A stretch of 62,013 nt of DNA, the filler included, from Rhabdomonas costata (Eukaryota), in assembly GCA_019059605.1 (NCBI GenBank). It is 30 parts of 30 records of this genome, joined end to end, with 100 filler letters (N's around TTAATTAATTAA, not from the genome) between each part and the next. Parts side by side here need not be neighbours in the genome. Positions count along the whole stretch, not along the records: positions 47,619 to 49,590 come from JAHMHO010006862.1; positions 49,691 to 51,659 come from JAHMHO010006863.1; positions 51,760 to 53,729 come from JAHMHO010006864.1; positions 53,830 to 55,799 come from JAHMHO010006865.1; positions 55,900 to 57,869 come from JAHMHO010006866.1; positions 57,970 to 59,939 come from JAHMHO010006867.1; positions 60,040 to 62,013 come from JAHMHO010006868.1; 23 more parts are not named here. One strand, written 5' to 3'. Positions 47,519 to 60,383 of the stretch are shown in pieces. The translations under genes and the position numbers were made by a program. A model generated the notes under the pieces. It was not told the origin of the DNA, did not search any database, and worked only from the letters and a program-made list of their open reading frames with translations. How positions within the stretch are numbered: position 1 is the stretch's first letter; each line of letters opens with the position of its first letter.

Positions 47519-50500
47519 NNNNNNNNNNNNNNNNNNNNNNNNNNNNNNNNNNNNNNNNNNNNTTAATTAATTAANNNNNNNNNNNNNNNNNNNNNNNNNN
47601 NNNNNNNNNNNNNNNNNNGGTTTTTGGACCTGATGTGTTGGAGTAGGAATTTGATAATTGCGTAACGCAATGGGTTGAAGTGTGATGTGTTTAAAACATC
47701 CTCTTTCTTGCATTTGTTTGGGGTCTTGGTTGTAGGTGTTGAGTTCGTGTGGTGCAGCGCAAGCGGTTTTGTGAAGGTTTGGGCGGTGGATATGTGTATC
47801 GTAAGTCGTGCGGTGTTTGGCTAGGCTTGCCTTGATTCGTACTGTTTTGTACTGTGCTGACCTTGCTTCAACGCACAAGCCGGGAATAGGGGAAAGCTGT
47901 GAAAGGCCAAAGGGCACAGTGACACCCCCTGGGCGCGCGTGTTTGTTAGAAGGGGTGAAGCCAAAGCACACCACCGGCATCAGGCAGTCGAAATCACATC
48001 CACCACGCGGAAGGGCAGCCCACACGGAGGCAATTTTCGAAGAGGTTTGGGTTTCGGAGTTAAACCTTGCGCGCCCTCGCACCATCGTAGCCCCACCACC
48101 CCAGAAGGAGGAGAAACTGTCAAGAGACAACTGTCAGGTCACCGGAGTCGCGAAGGACCTCGCCCCGCGCCGCGAAAGGCGGCTGAGTGTAATCAAAGCC
48201 AGGCACTTGTTGTATACCAAGGTAAGCTCCGGCAGCGCCCAACGCGCGTCACAGGCGTCCGGGAAGCGGTGGGCCCAAGCCGGGTCCGCAGTCCTTTGAA
48301 CCCACCGGGACAGGTCAGTGGCCAGGCAGAAGACTTGGCCTTCACAATTGGCGTCTGGCTTTGGTGCCTTTTGGCGCATTTCAAGGCGGAAGCTGGCGCT
48401 GGATGGCGTCGCGCAAGACGTTCTGAATGTTAGGCGAAACGGCCTCGCGCCCCAACACTGGCTTATGGGGCAGCTTTCAAAAAAGCCGCATCATAGCCGC
48501 GTCGCTCGGAAGCGCACGCGCCCGAAGCGTTCGACCGGCCTTAGTTCCCGGTATTTCGGAATCAAAACATGGAAAACCAAACTGGGCAGTTTTTTTTTTG
48601 AAACGTATATTAGATTACTGTCGTTTTCATCTATGGGCCTTCAAAATTGTCAACCTTTATCCGGCTTCTTTTCGGCGCAACTACTTCTCAAAAAGGGTTC
48701 TAAAAGAAATGAAGCGGGGGTATTGGAGAGAAAGGTCCGGGCCGAGTCCCCGAAAATCCTTAGTCGGGGAACCGCCAGAACCAAGCGCAACCGCACAATA
48801 TGTGCGGTTCTTTTTCCCGCTTGACCGGTCAAAATGGGCGTGCCGATGCGCGCGCTTGTTTGCTTAGGGCGGGAAAAAACTAAGAAAGACACTAAGGAAT
48901 CCTCCTTCTTGGCAACAATGCCCTTTGAAACACCACCATTGGGGAGCACCATAAGTGGTTCGCGCGCAAACAAGGGAAGTTAATGTGATTGGTCCCCTAG
49001 GCGGGTCCGTTTGCTTAAATGCAACATTAAACTGCATTCTTTGGAAAGTCGCTGGCGCCCCTTCGTTTTTTTTTGTGCAGTCTTCTTGTGGGTGTGGTTC
49101 ATGTGCGGGTCGCCGGGTCTGATTCCTCGTTTCCAGGTGTCCACGGCACTTTCGTGCGATCGGTCGGGCGCCTCTGGGTGGAATTCCTTTCTGAAAGCAA
49201 CTTTGCTCCTGCTTTGAACCGAGTGTTCCATTGTTGCGATATTGAAAATGGAACATAGACTCCAGGCTCCACCACGAGGGTTCTTTTTGCCATGGCTCGG
49301 CAGGGCACAGGAGTATCGGATCAGACTCGACGGGAAGCCCCAGTTACAGAACAGCCAGAGCAGCGACTACTGAGATTATTAAATGGTAGGCATGTTTGAA
49401 AAGGGAACCCAAAATGAGTGGATCACGCTGACAACGTCACAACGATAGCTTTGGTACAGTTAATTCGATATAGGTGAATGTGGTGCCGAAATGGACAGAA
49501 TTTACTCTCGCATATCCTGAGTTTGGCATATTCAGGACAACCTGCCATCAAAAATCGCGCTCACAAACACAGACTTTTTGCACACCAAAANNNNNNNNNN
49601 NNNNNNNNNNNNNNNNNNNNNNNNNNNNNNNNNNTTAATTAATTAANNNNNNNNNNNNNNNNNNNNNNNNNNNNNNNNNNNNNNNNNNNNGTTGTGGTTT
49701 GTGGGTTTCTGAAATTCAGACAACCCTCACGCTTTCGGCGCATAAACCATAAAACAAAGATCTCTCTGTTATATCGGCGAGAATAAATGGCCGGTGGCAT
49801 TGTTTTTTCTCCAAACTTCAGAAACCCACATTTTGGAAGAGGGCTAACCAGCAGGCATGGGGTTTTTTGTATATATGGCAGATCACCGAATCGCTGCGTT
49901 GCCAGTCCTTGGATGGGATTGGGGGTCCTGACCGGCGGGTTGCGGTGGCACTGTTGGGCCATATAATTAGCCTAAGTAACAAATAATTAGCCTATAAGAC
50001 AATGAAAATCAAATAAAGAGTCCCAGGTTCAAGGCGAGTTTTGGGGTGTAATCATTCTCTTACATCATCCTCATCCTCCGATTTGCAGTGCGTGATGTTC
50101 ACCAATGATACGAGGACAATTTGCGAAATCATACGAAATTACGTGAAAGAAAGGATGCCTTGGTTTGGATTGAGGAGCTGTGGCGGGGGGGTTTGACTGA
50201 TAAACGCCAAACAGTACTCAGAGAAGAAAACACCACGCTTCCAACGGCCCTAGAACTGTTCGATAGCTAAATATTGGGAACAATCCACACATAAATGATG
50301 AGGCGTTATCGCTGTGTCTTCAGCCTTCTGATGTTACTGGGTGAAGATAACCTCTCCATTCGAGAGGTTATCGGAAGTTCTTGAGGAACCTCAATGGCGC
50401 ATTAAACAGTGGATTGATGGAGCTCCAGAGTTCAGCGCTGACCGAGTCTCTCTGGACCCAAACGCCTCTTGATCTCTTCTTCAGCATGGGAACTTCAGGC

Positions 50501-50820
50501 TACTCTTCTTCTGACCAGAACGACTGCACATACACAACTTCAAGAGCGTGAAGAAACTCACATAGAGAGAGGAAAGACAACGAAGGGGTACGGGGAAGCA
50601 TACGCGCATAACGGAAATCCAGGCTGAAAGTTTTCCGGGAATGAGTATTTCGAGGCTGCAGATACTAATTCAATTATGCCAGGAAATTTCGCCACCTGAG
50701 AAACTCACAGAAAACCTGAGCTGGCTGCTCTCTCTGGAAAATGCACTTGATACCGATGAGGTTGAGGCTATGCAGCTGACGGATGGTCTCCTGACTGCAC
50801 ATCTCGATCTGCCGCGAGAC

Positions 50821-50940
50821 CTTCTCTTGGGTGAACGCGAACGTCTCGAGGGCCTGCTGGTGAAACAGGCCGGCCCCCTCGGGGTCGTAGAACTGCACAA
50901 AGGCAATTGAGGACCGGGAGTTCAGGTAGATGCTCTGCAC
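50821..50940 (-). CDS. Exon with an RRM RNP1-like motif (SIAFVQFYDPEGA)
   Basis: CAG acceptor and GT donor, 120 nt, GC3-rich. Confidence 0.5.
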
Positions 50941-52424
50941 CTGGAGGAGAATGGAGGGAGGGTGTTGGAGACAAGGGACAAGCAAGTAAACAAGTCAAAA
51001 CCCAATGACATTATTGAGCGCGGACAGATTTGTGTGGATTAATGCATGTCGTTACCCGCGCATATGCGGACCAGTTGACCTGGAGCGTCAACCAAGGGTT
51101 GTGTGGCTTACGCTGGTCAGCACCTGAGCCAACACCCGCACAGATGAGAATTCGTTCGTGACATCATTGTTGTTTGTTGAATGAAAATATTCTACCACGC
51201 ACATACGCGCAATACAGAAAATTCTCAAAATTATATACCATCCACGTCGCTATTAAGTGGGAACGTGTTCGCGTTTGGCACTGCCATGCCAGAGTACATG
51301 GTTCGTGAAATAGAAATGTCCAAGACGACAAACACCTGGATGAGTATATCCTTGGCAGGGGTTCATCACTGATTATAATGTGCCAATGTCTGTGCTTCCT
51401 GTATCGACACGATTCTGTCCTGTGGGTTTCGCCCCCGAGGGTTTGTCACGGTTGCAAAAGTTACCCATTTACCACCGCCCATCGGACTAAACAGTGCACT
51501 AGTGCAGTTGGCGGTGATTCGCACGGCTTTGAGAGAAAGAACGGCCTCGGAAATGCGCGTTTTTTTCTTGCATCCAACCTCGAGAACATTTTTCATGAAG
51601 TTCACTTCGGGCGGGAGGAGATGGATAGGACTGTACCCCCCTCCCCAGCACCCAACCACNNNNNNNNNNNNNNNNNNNNNNNNNNNNNNNNNNNNNNNNN
51701 NNNTTAATTAATTAANNNNNNNNNNNNNNNNNNNNNNNNNNNNNNNNNNNNNNNNNNNNGGTTGGGGGTGGTCTTCCAGCAGCACCATCTATCCTCCTCT
51801 GCAGGTCTCCAGAAATCGCCAGGGTTCACCCGGGGTACTACTACTACTTTCTTGGGCTCAATTCTTCACCGCTCGCTGGGTGACTTCCCAGGGCAGCGGG
51901 GCTGGAGTTACTCAGGAGCAGGACTGGAGAACCTGACGCAGGGCTGGCTGAGGCCCATACTTTGTTGGATAGTAGCACGCCTGAGTTGAGTTTACTTGCA
52001 GCTTGTCAGCCTGGCTGCATCTGCAAGCCAAGTAATGGGATCTTGAAGGCACACCCACATATCCAATGTCAGGGGGCCATGCCTGACCTGCTCAGCAAAC
52101 CGAAGTGGAGAGCTAAGGAGAGCGTCATACTGACACCAAAGTGAGCCGGAGTACTTCGGTTTGTAACTGCCGTAGAATGCGGAGCTGCACGAACAATTTT
52201 GGGCATCATTGGGGTCTTTACACGAGCTGGGAAGGGGCATACTCATGGGCAGAGCCCATGACAGCATGATGCACCGAACGAGCACCGAATCATGGGAATC
52301 AATCCTCGACAAGACAAAAAACCCCAGGGAATAACGTGGTACATAAAAAGAGACCGGAGCAAGTAGCGCAAAAGGTGTAAGGCAGAAAGAAAGTGTAGGT
52401 GCAGGGCAAAAGGAAGTAGGGCAC

Positions 52425-53486
52425 CGATAGACTCTGCTGTTTACTCTCGCCTCGCTGCAGGATGATGTCGATGTCCTCGTCTGTAATCGTCAGTGCATCC
52501 TTGGAGCGGAATATCTGCTCCGCGCCAAACCGGATCATTCCGAGCAGCTCTTCTCGACTGGCGGCTACAAAATCAGAGAGGGAGGGCAAATAGATCCAGA
52601 TCCAGATCCAGATCCATATCCAGATAATTAGCAAGACCTACGAGCGGGGCTAGGAAAAAATGCAAGATTGGCGAGACCAAAAAGGTGCAAAACGATGAAA
52701 AAAGTGCATTTCAAGCAAATATTCCGGACGGGTCGAAAATACAAAAGAAACTGTTTTTGCAGGTTGCACTATTTCCCTAGCCCTGCCACGAAACCACACA
52801 AAAAAATGCGACATAAAAAACAAAACACAAAATTGGTGATCGAAAATGAAGAAAGTGGCGGAGGCCGGGTCCAGGTTGCTCTCACTTTCGCCCTTTGAAA
52901 AGCTCTTTAAACTGGCACTAAGGGTACGGTGCAGTCCAAAAAAAAGAAGAGAAGCGTCACCCCACCACATTGCATAAGGGTCACAGAGTCGAGTACGGCA
53001 GGCTGAAGTGACCTCACGGGGAATTGGAGGGATGGCTGACCTGAGGGCCGTTCCTGTAGGCGGCCCTGTTGAATCACCGCAGCGTCCAAGTAGAGCTTTT
53101 TCAGAGCACGCTGGTAGATTTTCTCCTCCACAGTGCCCTGCCGGTGGGTGGGTGGGTGGAAGAAGGTTGTATGAATGCATTACGAGCTACGGCCAGCACT
53201 GTTGCTCTTTCTCCGTTCAGCCAGCCGGAGCTCAAGGGCAAAAAGAAAGAGCACTGAAGACGCTCCAGGCGGCCACCACGATTTTTGGGGTGACAGGCGG
53301 AGCCTAAAAAGGCTGCCCACACCCTACATACACTCCACACAATTTATGCGCGAAAAAAATACAGATGACACCAACAAGGCATGCAAGCACACACGCACGT
53401 CTGTGATGAAGCGGAAGACTGTCACGGGCTTCTTTTGCCCAATCCTGTGGGCTCGATCCTGCGCCTGCAGGTCCACCTGGGGATTC
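52425..53486 (-). CDS. ISWI: ISWI chromatin-remodelling ATPase (SMARCA5-like), exons 53486-53399, 53137-53041, 52564-52425
   Basis: [85 protein letters not shown]. Confidence 0.95.
52592..52626 (+). repeat. (ATCCAG)n hexamer microsatellite in an intron
   Basis: GATCCAGATCCAGATCCAGATCCATATCCAGAT. Confidence 0.85.
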
Positions 53487-53829
53487 CTGAAGCCCATCCC
53501 CCATCCCAACCTCGTTTCAATGAAGCCCTCATCCGGAACCATGCGAAGCGCGGTTACGCTTCTTTGGTGAGTGGCAAATATCTCAAAAAGGGCGGCGTCG
53601 CGGCGATTCCGACAAATTGGCTGGGTGGCGAAGTGGTGCGGGGCTCTGGGGATCTATCCAGATACACGGGTCCGATTTGATGGGCGAGGGACAGGAACAA
53701 CACACACATACAATAAATGAACAAACCACNNNNNNNNNNNNNNNNNNNNNNNNNNNNNNNNNNNNNNNNNNNNTTAATTAATTAANNNNNNNNNNNNNNN
53801 NNNNNNNNNNNNNNNNNNNNNNNNNNNNN

Positions 53830-55609
53830 TGTTTTGGGGGCCCGCCAGTCCGCTGGATTGGAACAGGCGTCACGCCATTCCAGTGCAACTCGCAGGCCCC
53901 CCATGTCATCGGAAGAAGCTTTTCAGAAAAATTCCCAACACGACCCCAACCCGTCCGGGAAGCAACCCGCGCAGCCACCCGCTCGATCCGGCTCCCCCCC
54001 CCTTCCTCCTGGATGGGCAAAGGGCAGTGACAGCTTCGGGGTCTTCTTCATCGACCATAATTCCAAAGTAACCACTCGAGTGGATCCCAGGAACCACCCT
54101 GCAGGGACTGCTAGACCCCAGCCGAGTGGACCCGGATCTCAGCATGGAGATGGAACTGGCAATACTGGGGCCAATGCAATGGCTCGACAGGGGTCCCCGT
54201 CAAGACTTCCCACGACTGGTGGTGCAAAGCCTTCTAGCTCGGAAAGGGGTCACGATATGAGCCTGGACCACCGCAAACGCAGGTGTGTTGTGAGATCGTG
54301 ACAGTTGAAGGCTTCTCTGCTTCTTAAAAAAACTTAGTTGCAGGGATACTTCACCCTGAAACTTTGCTGCACTTCGCTTAAATGAGTCGAACCTTTTTGG
54401 CGTTTATAGCTCGTCCTTGCATGTTTAGTAATATTTTATTATCACTGGCACAGCGCATGCCGCTTACACATCGGATCGAATGTGTGGTTGCACAGCCGCA
54501 CGCCGACCCGTGCCACCAGTCCCTCAGAAGAGCTCTCGACTTCTCGTCGCAAGTTGTGTGTTTTCACCTCCGATTCCCACTTTCCTTCCGATTGTTGGTT
54601 GCTTTCCTGTTAAACTGGTTTCATAACAATTTACTGTTCGTTGTCATGCTCACCACTTCAAGCCTGGAGTGATGTTTAACAAGTTCGTTCAGACATAGCT
54701 CGCGGACGTCTCATTGTGCGAATCAATCTCACAGCTTTTGAAAAACACGGCAGCGGGGTTTCGCGAGAGACTCTCAACATTTCTTCGACCAACCTTTCCC
54801 AGAATTTTCACCGCTTCCATAAGACTGTTTGTGTGCTATCGCCTTTTGCTCGCAGAAGCTCCGCTGCCTCTGAGCCTGCCCAACCACCCGCTCCGCAGGG
54901 ACCACCTCCCTTGGCTTGCTGCCCGAATTGCGGCTCGCTGAGCCACAGCCTGAGCCGGTGCCCGCATAGGATGTCCTGCCTGAACTGCGGGGCATCCGAC
55001 CACTTCGAGGGGGTGTGCGTTATCCGGCTTCCCAACAAAGGCGTGCATGTGTTTGTACTTCTCGCTGCAGTTTGCGTGCGTGCTCCGCACGGGCAAAACA
55101 GTGACTATACCCCAATCTGCCCGCAAAAAATAGTAGCCCGGGCTTGCGGTATACAAATTCCAGTGCATGCGGTGTGCGTCTTCGCCAATTCGATGTGGTT
55201 CCGCACCTCTTGACTTTGGTGAGGGCCTCGTGTGGGAAAGTGTAAGATCAGGGCTCTGAATTGTGGTGCACGCCCTCACTACTGTTAATCAGATTAACCA
55301 AAGAGGCACACCAGAACCTGGTGACCTTCTCTGTGCCCACGCGGGCCGGGGGTAGTATGCCAGTCGCCATTGCCCCCTCCCTTTCCGATCATTGGAGGCA
55401 GAGCAGGTTACTTCAGAACCTCACTTCTGTGAGCTGTGAGTTTTAAACACCGCTGATATTTATGCATGTGCGCAGGGCAGGTGTGCTGTGCGAACTGCTA
55501 CAGCAGTGAGCACTTCCTGAGCGTTTGCCCGCGCCCGCTGCGGTGCATGCGGTGCGGCCGAGCCCAGCACACCGCGAAGTTCTGCAGGGCTGCGCCGGAG
55601 GACTTCCAG
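53830..55609 (+). CDS. WW-domain plus tandem CCHC zinc-knuckle protein, exons ~53830-54282, 54856-~55012, ~55481-55609
   Basis: PLPPGWAKGSDSFGVFFIDHNSKVTTRVDPR (WW); CPNCGSLSHSLSRC, CLNCGASDHFEGVC, CANCYSSEHFLSVC and CMRCGRAQHTAKFC (CX2CX4HX4C). Confidence 0.85.
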
Positions 55610-56039
55610 GTTTGGATCACCAGCTGACTCTTCCACGCATTGCTGAAATCGTCTGTTATCCTGTGCAGTGAGAGATGATTGAGTGCCTCCTGCGTCTCGT
55701 TTGCACGCGGAATGTATTTGCCGCGGGTTGCACCGAGTTTGAAGTGTGGATTTGTGTGGTGGAACCCGCGGCAAATACATTCCGCGTGCAAACAACAACN
55801 NNNNNNNNNNNNNNNNNNNNNNNNNNNNNNNNNNNNNNNNNNNTTAATTAATTAANNNNNNNNNNNNNNNNNNNNNNNNNNNNNNNNNNNNNNNNNNNNG
55901 GGGGTGTGGTGCCGTCCTGCGGTCGTAAAATGTAAAATGAATGAACACGGCGAGTGTGGGTCGGTTTCCAATGCCAGAAAAGGCTTGACGGAAGGCTTGA
56001 CGGCTTGCGCAGAAAAATATATTTGGACAAAAGGGACAA

Positions 56040-57832
56040 ACCCAGGCGAGCCAGGTCATTCTTGTAAACAGACATGACAAAGTCCTCGACGTCGGTCAGG
56101 TTCTTGCGGTACACGAGGTGGACCTCCATTCCAGTAACCTAATCAACCCGCCACCCCATTCGGCGGACAAAGTGCTGCAAAGCGCTGATGTCACTGTCGC
56201 GCATGAGTTGGCCGTGTTGGTCACAGCTCGAACATTGTTCTTAACCTCCTATTTCCTCTTTATTCAATCCTTCTGCAGCATAAAACGCTACCATCCAAAA
56301 GGTGGTTGGAGGGCAACCATACCCACCATATCCCACATCTCACCAAACCCCCCCCAAATAATTTATGGGATCCTGCTCAAACAGCCAATCTTTTCACACT
56401 GACAACCAGAGCACAACACTGGAGAACAATTTACAATCTCCGGCAGTTGCGCATGTAAAACAGCGGTGCAAACGCAAAAAAAAAAAAGGGGGGGGGGGAG
56501 GAAAATTAAGGACATCCCAGGCAACGCGCAACTCAACACAGAGATCAGAAGCAGGGAACAAGATCACTGTCTTCTTGCGTCCTTGCATAACATCCTCAAA
56601 TAACTTCAAATCAGCCTCGAACAAGCTCTCCCCGACCCCGCAACGTTCACCTGGTGCACCCTGTGCAGGAGATCCTCCTGGCGGGCCATTGCGTGCCCCC
56701 ACAGCAGGAACCCGGTCATCGCATTCCGCGGTGGGGCCTCGGGAGGCTCGAATCGGGGCGGACACTGCAGGTTGCGGTAGCCTTTCTGGCCCACCTCCAC
56801 CCGGGAGAAGGCCACCGCGGGCAGCTTCGCGATCGCCTCCAGGTGCTTCTTCTTCTCCGGGCGCTTGACGACCTCCTCCAGATACTCCATGTACCGCAGT
56901 GCTCTTGGCGAAGGAGGGCAGTAAAAGTTGGCGTCGTTTTGCAAACAGGGTCCGACAAGCACAGGATATCTGAAAATTCCGAGGAACCCGCTCTATCCCG
57001 TAAGAATAAAGTCAACTCAAGTTAACAACGCAACTCAAAGAAGACTTTCCTCACCCGTCTGTCTTGATTCGATCCGTTCATGTATTTTGCATTTCACCGG
57101 AGGCCTTTTTGTGATCTCTTGCAAGAAGGTCTGTTTTGGTGCTACACCTCAGCCTGAAAGAACACCAGTGCGTGTGCCGCAGTGCTGTGTTTGCCTCCTT
57201 CGAAAGAAGACGTCAGCGGGATATCAAGAATAACGTGCGCGATGCTTCTTGCTCTTGGTTCATGTGGACGACCGAACAACCAAACAACAAGGGAGGAGGG
57301 GGGGGGGTAAACCGGTCGTCGGAGGAGCATGGCACCCACAGAAGCTCACCGTGACGGATGGTGACTTGAGCGCGGCGAATGACATCCGCGCTGAAACTGG
57401 GGTGAACGTGGAACCGCCGGTAGATCTGTGCGGGTGTGCACCCAGACGAAAACGCAAGCGCAAGTGCAAAGGTGAAGCAAACATGCGGAGAAAGCTAACG
57501 ACAAACCCAAAGCAAAAGCAGGACTTGCATTATCGCCTCCCAATGGTAAGCCCTAATCCCAAATGATGCCGCTGCTCGCTTAATGTACGTTTCCAAGAGG
57601 AGGCCAAGACACATACCTTTACCATCTTTACTCCCCAGCAAGGTGCGCTTAAGCTGACGTTGGGCGAGAAAAAGAGAGAGAGAGAGAGCACACATGCCTT
57701 CGTCAGGTTGGAGATGAGGTCGAAGCGAAACCCGATCCGGGACTTCGCACCGCCTGCGGTGAGAAGGTCGACATGGTAGTGGTGCTGGTACCACGTGGCC
57801 TTCAGCCTCCAGCCCTCCCTCACGTGGGAACG
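56040..57832 (-). CDS. Unknown multi-exon protein (exons about 57832-57698, 57425-57350, 56900-56652, 56125-56045)
   Basis: GC3-rich blocks are bounded by AG and GT/GC sites and join in frame (..DLISNLTK|IYRRFHVHPSF..); no family recognised. Confidence 0.6.
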
Positions 57833-57998
57833 CTGAAACTCCGGCGAAAACCTGGCACGAGCAGGAGAANNNNNNNNNNNNNNNNNNNNNNNNNNNNNNN
57901 NNNNNNNNNNNNNTTAATTAATTAANNNNNNNNNNNNNNNNNNNNNNNNNNNNNNNNNNNNNNNNNNNNTGTGGGTGGTGGGCAGAAGGACGAAGTAC

Positions 57999-59181
57999 CC
58001 TGGGCGGTGTCCGCCGTCAGCAGGGGCTCATCGACCTCGTCATCGCCCTCGGCCTCGCACTGGGGCGTATCGGAAGAAGGGGGCAGGAAGGGGTCGAACT
58101 GCGGGAACAGGAAGGGGTGGTTGCACACCTTCCGCAGCTGCATGATGGTGTTCAGCACTCGCAGCGGGGGAGCCCGTCCCCGGGGTCCTGTTAAGACACA
58201 CCGAGAATTTAACAGTAGGTATGTGTGTGCGTGCACATGTGTGTGTGTTGAACCCATAGCGGGGGTGAAGTCTCTGTCCAATGGTGCGGTTCTAGTGAGC
58301 TACGTGTGTAACCAGAGTTGTTGGCTGGTGTGCTGCAAACGCTCATGGACAGCCCGCCTCGGCCGATATCTATGGCGAACGCGTATGTGTGTGTGTGTCT
58401 GTTTTTGGGAAATTGGTCTTGGACTCCTTCGCCCCTCTTCAGCGAACACTACTCAGCCCTGAGTAGTGCTCAAAACGCAAAAACCTGGGAACACGTTTTT
58501 CATCGAGCGCTGGGTAAACCCCGTGCGTGCACCGCCTGGCCTTCTGTTGCAGTCTGTCCTGGGGATTCCGTGATCGCATGGAAGCATTTTACGCCGAGTG
58601 CTGGTTTACATTTCTTAATGCATTGTGTCAGGTTGCTCGCCCCGCGAATGGCTTCTGTGTTGCTCCAATGAGAAATGTGATGGAAACATTTTTGTGTGAA
58701 TGGTTGAGCAGAGAACGCTATTCACCGCATCAACAGCGCCTCTACATTAAGTGAATAGTACACAAAAGGTCCATAGCCTATGTGCGTGCACGGGTTCCGA
58801 TTCCCCGGCGACCGCTTGAGTTGCGCACAAGACTGTGGGTGTGGATCGGGTAGAGGAGATTTGTGTCCTTCTAGCAAGATTCACCACATGGAGCGCAGAG
58901 TGCAATGAAAGTGCACGGCATCCTGTGCGTGCCCATGAAACTCGAGTTTTCTTTGACAGGACGCTGCATCACTTGCGCCATTTCGGAGTCTGTGGTTGGT
59001 TTGGCTGCACTGTGCTTACCCCCAAAAGACCGTGAATGATATCCTCCGACACAGGGTATTCAGGAGGGTGGAGAGGAAACAATGTGAACTGGAGGGAGGG
59101 ATGTGTGGGTGAATGGGAACGCTCACCTGAGGTTTCGAGGTACTGTGCCAGGCTCTTGTTCCGGATCGCCTCATACCGTTC
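57999..59181 (-). CDS. SNF2-family ATPase linker region (possibly HELLS/DDM1-like), exons 59181-59127 and 58187-57999
   Basis: ERYEAIRNKSLAQYLE...RVLNTIMQLRKVCNHPFLF contains the SNF2 LxNxxMQLRKxCNHP motif. Confidence 0.85.
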
Positions 59182-60383
59182 CTGCAGACAAAAAGGACGG
59201 GCGGCAGAGGGCAGCGAAATGGGCAATCGCCTTGCACCAGAGCTGGCAGAAAGAACCTGTGCATTATCCTAACCCCAAACCATGCCCATTGCGATGCTAT
59301 CAAATGCGGCAAACATTTCCGCTGGTGAAAAAACAAAAAGAAATACGAGGACGCTACGATTGCCCATGATTACGTGAGCTCCAACAGGTCCTACAAAATC
59401 GGTACTACCGGGCAATATCGATATCACTAAAAACGGGTGGTTATAAACGGAACATTTCGGGTGTTGCACAGGAAAAGAGAAAGCGCAGACTCATTCTAAG
59501 ACAGCGCTCTGAAGTGGCTACAAGAAAAATTTCAAACTTTTTGCTGACATTTTTCCACAACGGACGTCAACAAGGTCATAGGCTTGTTCACCGCCGTCGT
59601 TTCTGTTGCCATTGACCCCAGGACCTGACCCGTGTCCAGCTCATTTCTGTGGATACTGCACAACATCACACACGTATTTAATAAAGGAGCGGCACCCGGC
59701 CATTGTTAACTTCACGCGAGGATATATACTTGTCTACGGCACGCGCAGACACCCACACCGACATCCACACCTACACACCCATTGCTTCGGAGTGGCAGCA
59801 CAGTACAGCACCACCTCCCGCTTCTGTGGCAGGTCCAGCCCGACGTCTTGCTTCAGCCTATTTTTGCCATGAGAAACGGTACAGATGACAGAAAGTAATC
59901 CAAAAAGTTTGCGGTATTCAGCAAGAAGACACAACAAACNNNNNNNNNNNNNNNNNNNNNNNNNNNNNNNNNNNNNNNNNNNNTTAATTAATTAANNNNN
60001 NNNNNNNNNNNNNNNNNNNNNNNNNNNNNNNNNNNNNNNGAGGATGGAACATCAACCCAATGGATACACCCTCTCGCAAGCAAGAGGCTGCATATATGCT
60101 GTGATGTGGGGAAAGAGGTATCAGTCAGCCCAGGAGGCGGATGAGACCACCTCGGCCTGCAAATCGCAGAGGCGAAGGGAAAGGGACGAACCTTTCCTTC
60201 TTCAGAGAAAACGAGGGTGATATGCACAGAAAGCGGAACAAACACACACATACATACACAAACAGGACAACGGACCAAAGATGCTCTTTCTTTCGTGTCT
60301 GCCAAAGACGCTCCAACTTGCTTCAGTTCCCTACTCGCTGTCCAAGCACTCGGGCACAAAAAGGAGCTCCCCGTTATCCCCCA

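Noticed and set aside
47619-49590. Several 130-190 aa overlapping ORFs and GC hairpins
   Set aside because: No motif, codon bias or splice pattern supports coding; this is probably repeat-derived non-coding DNA.
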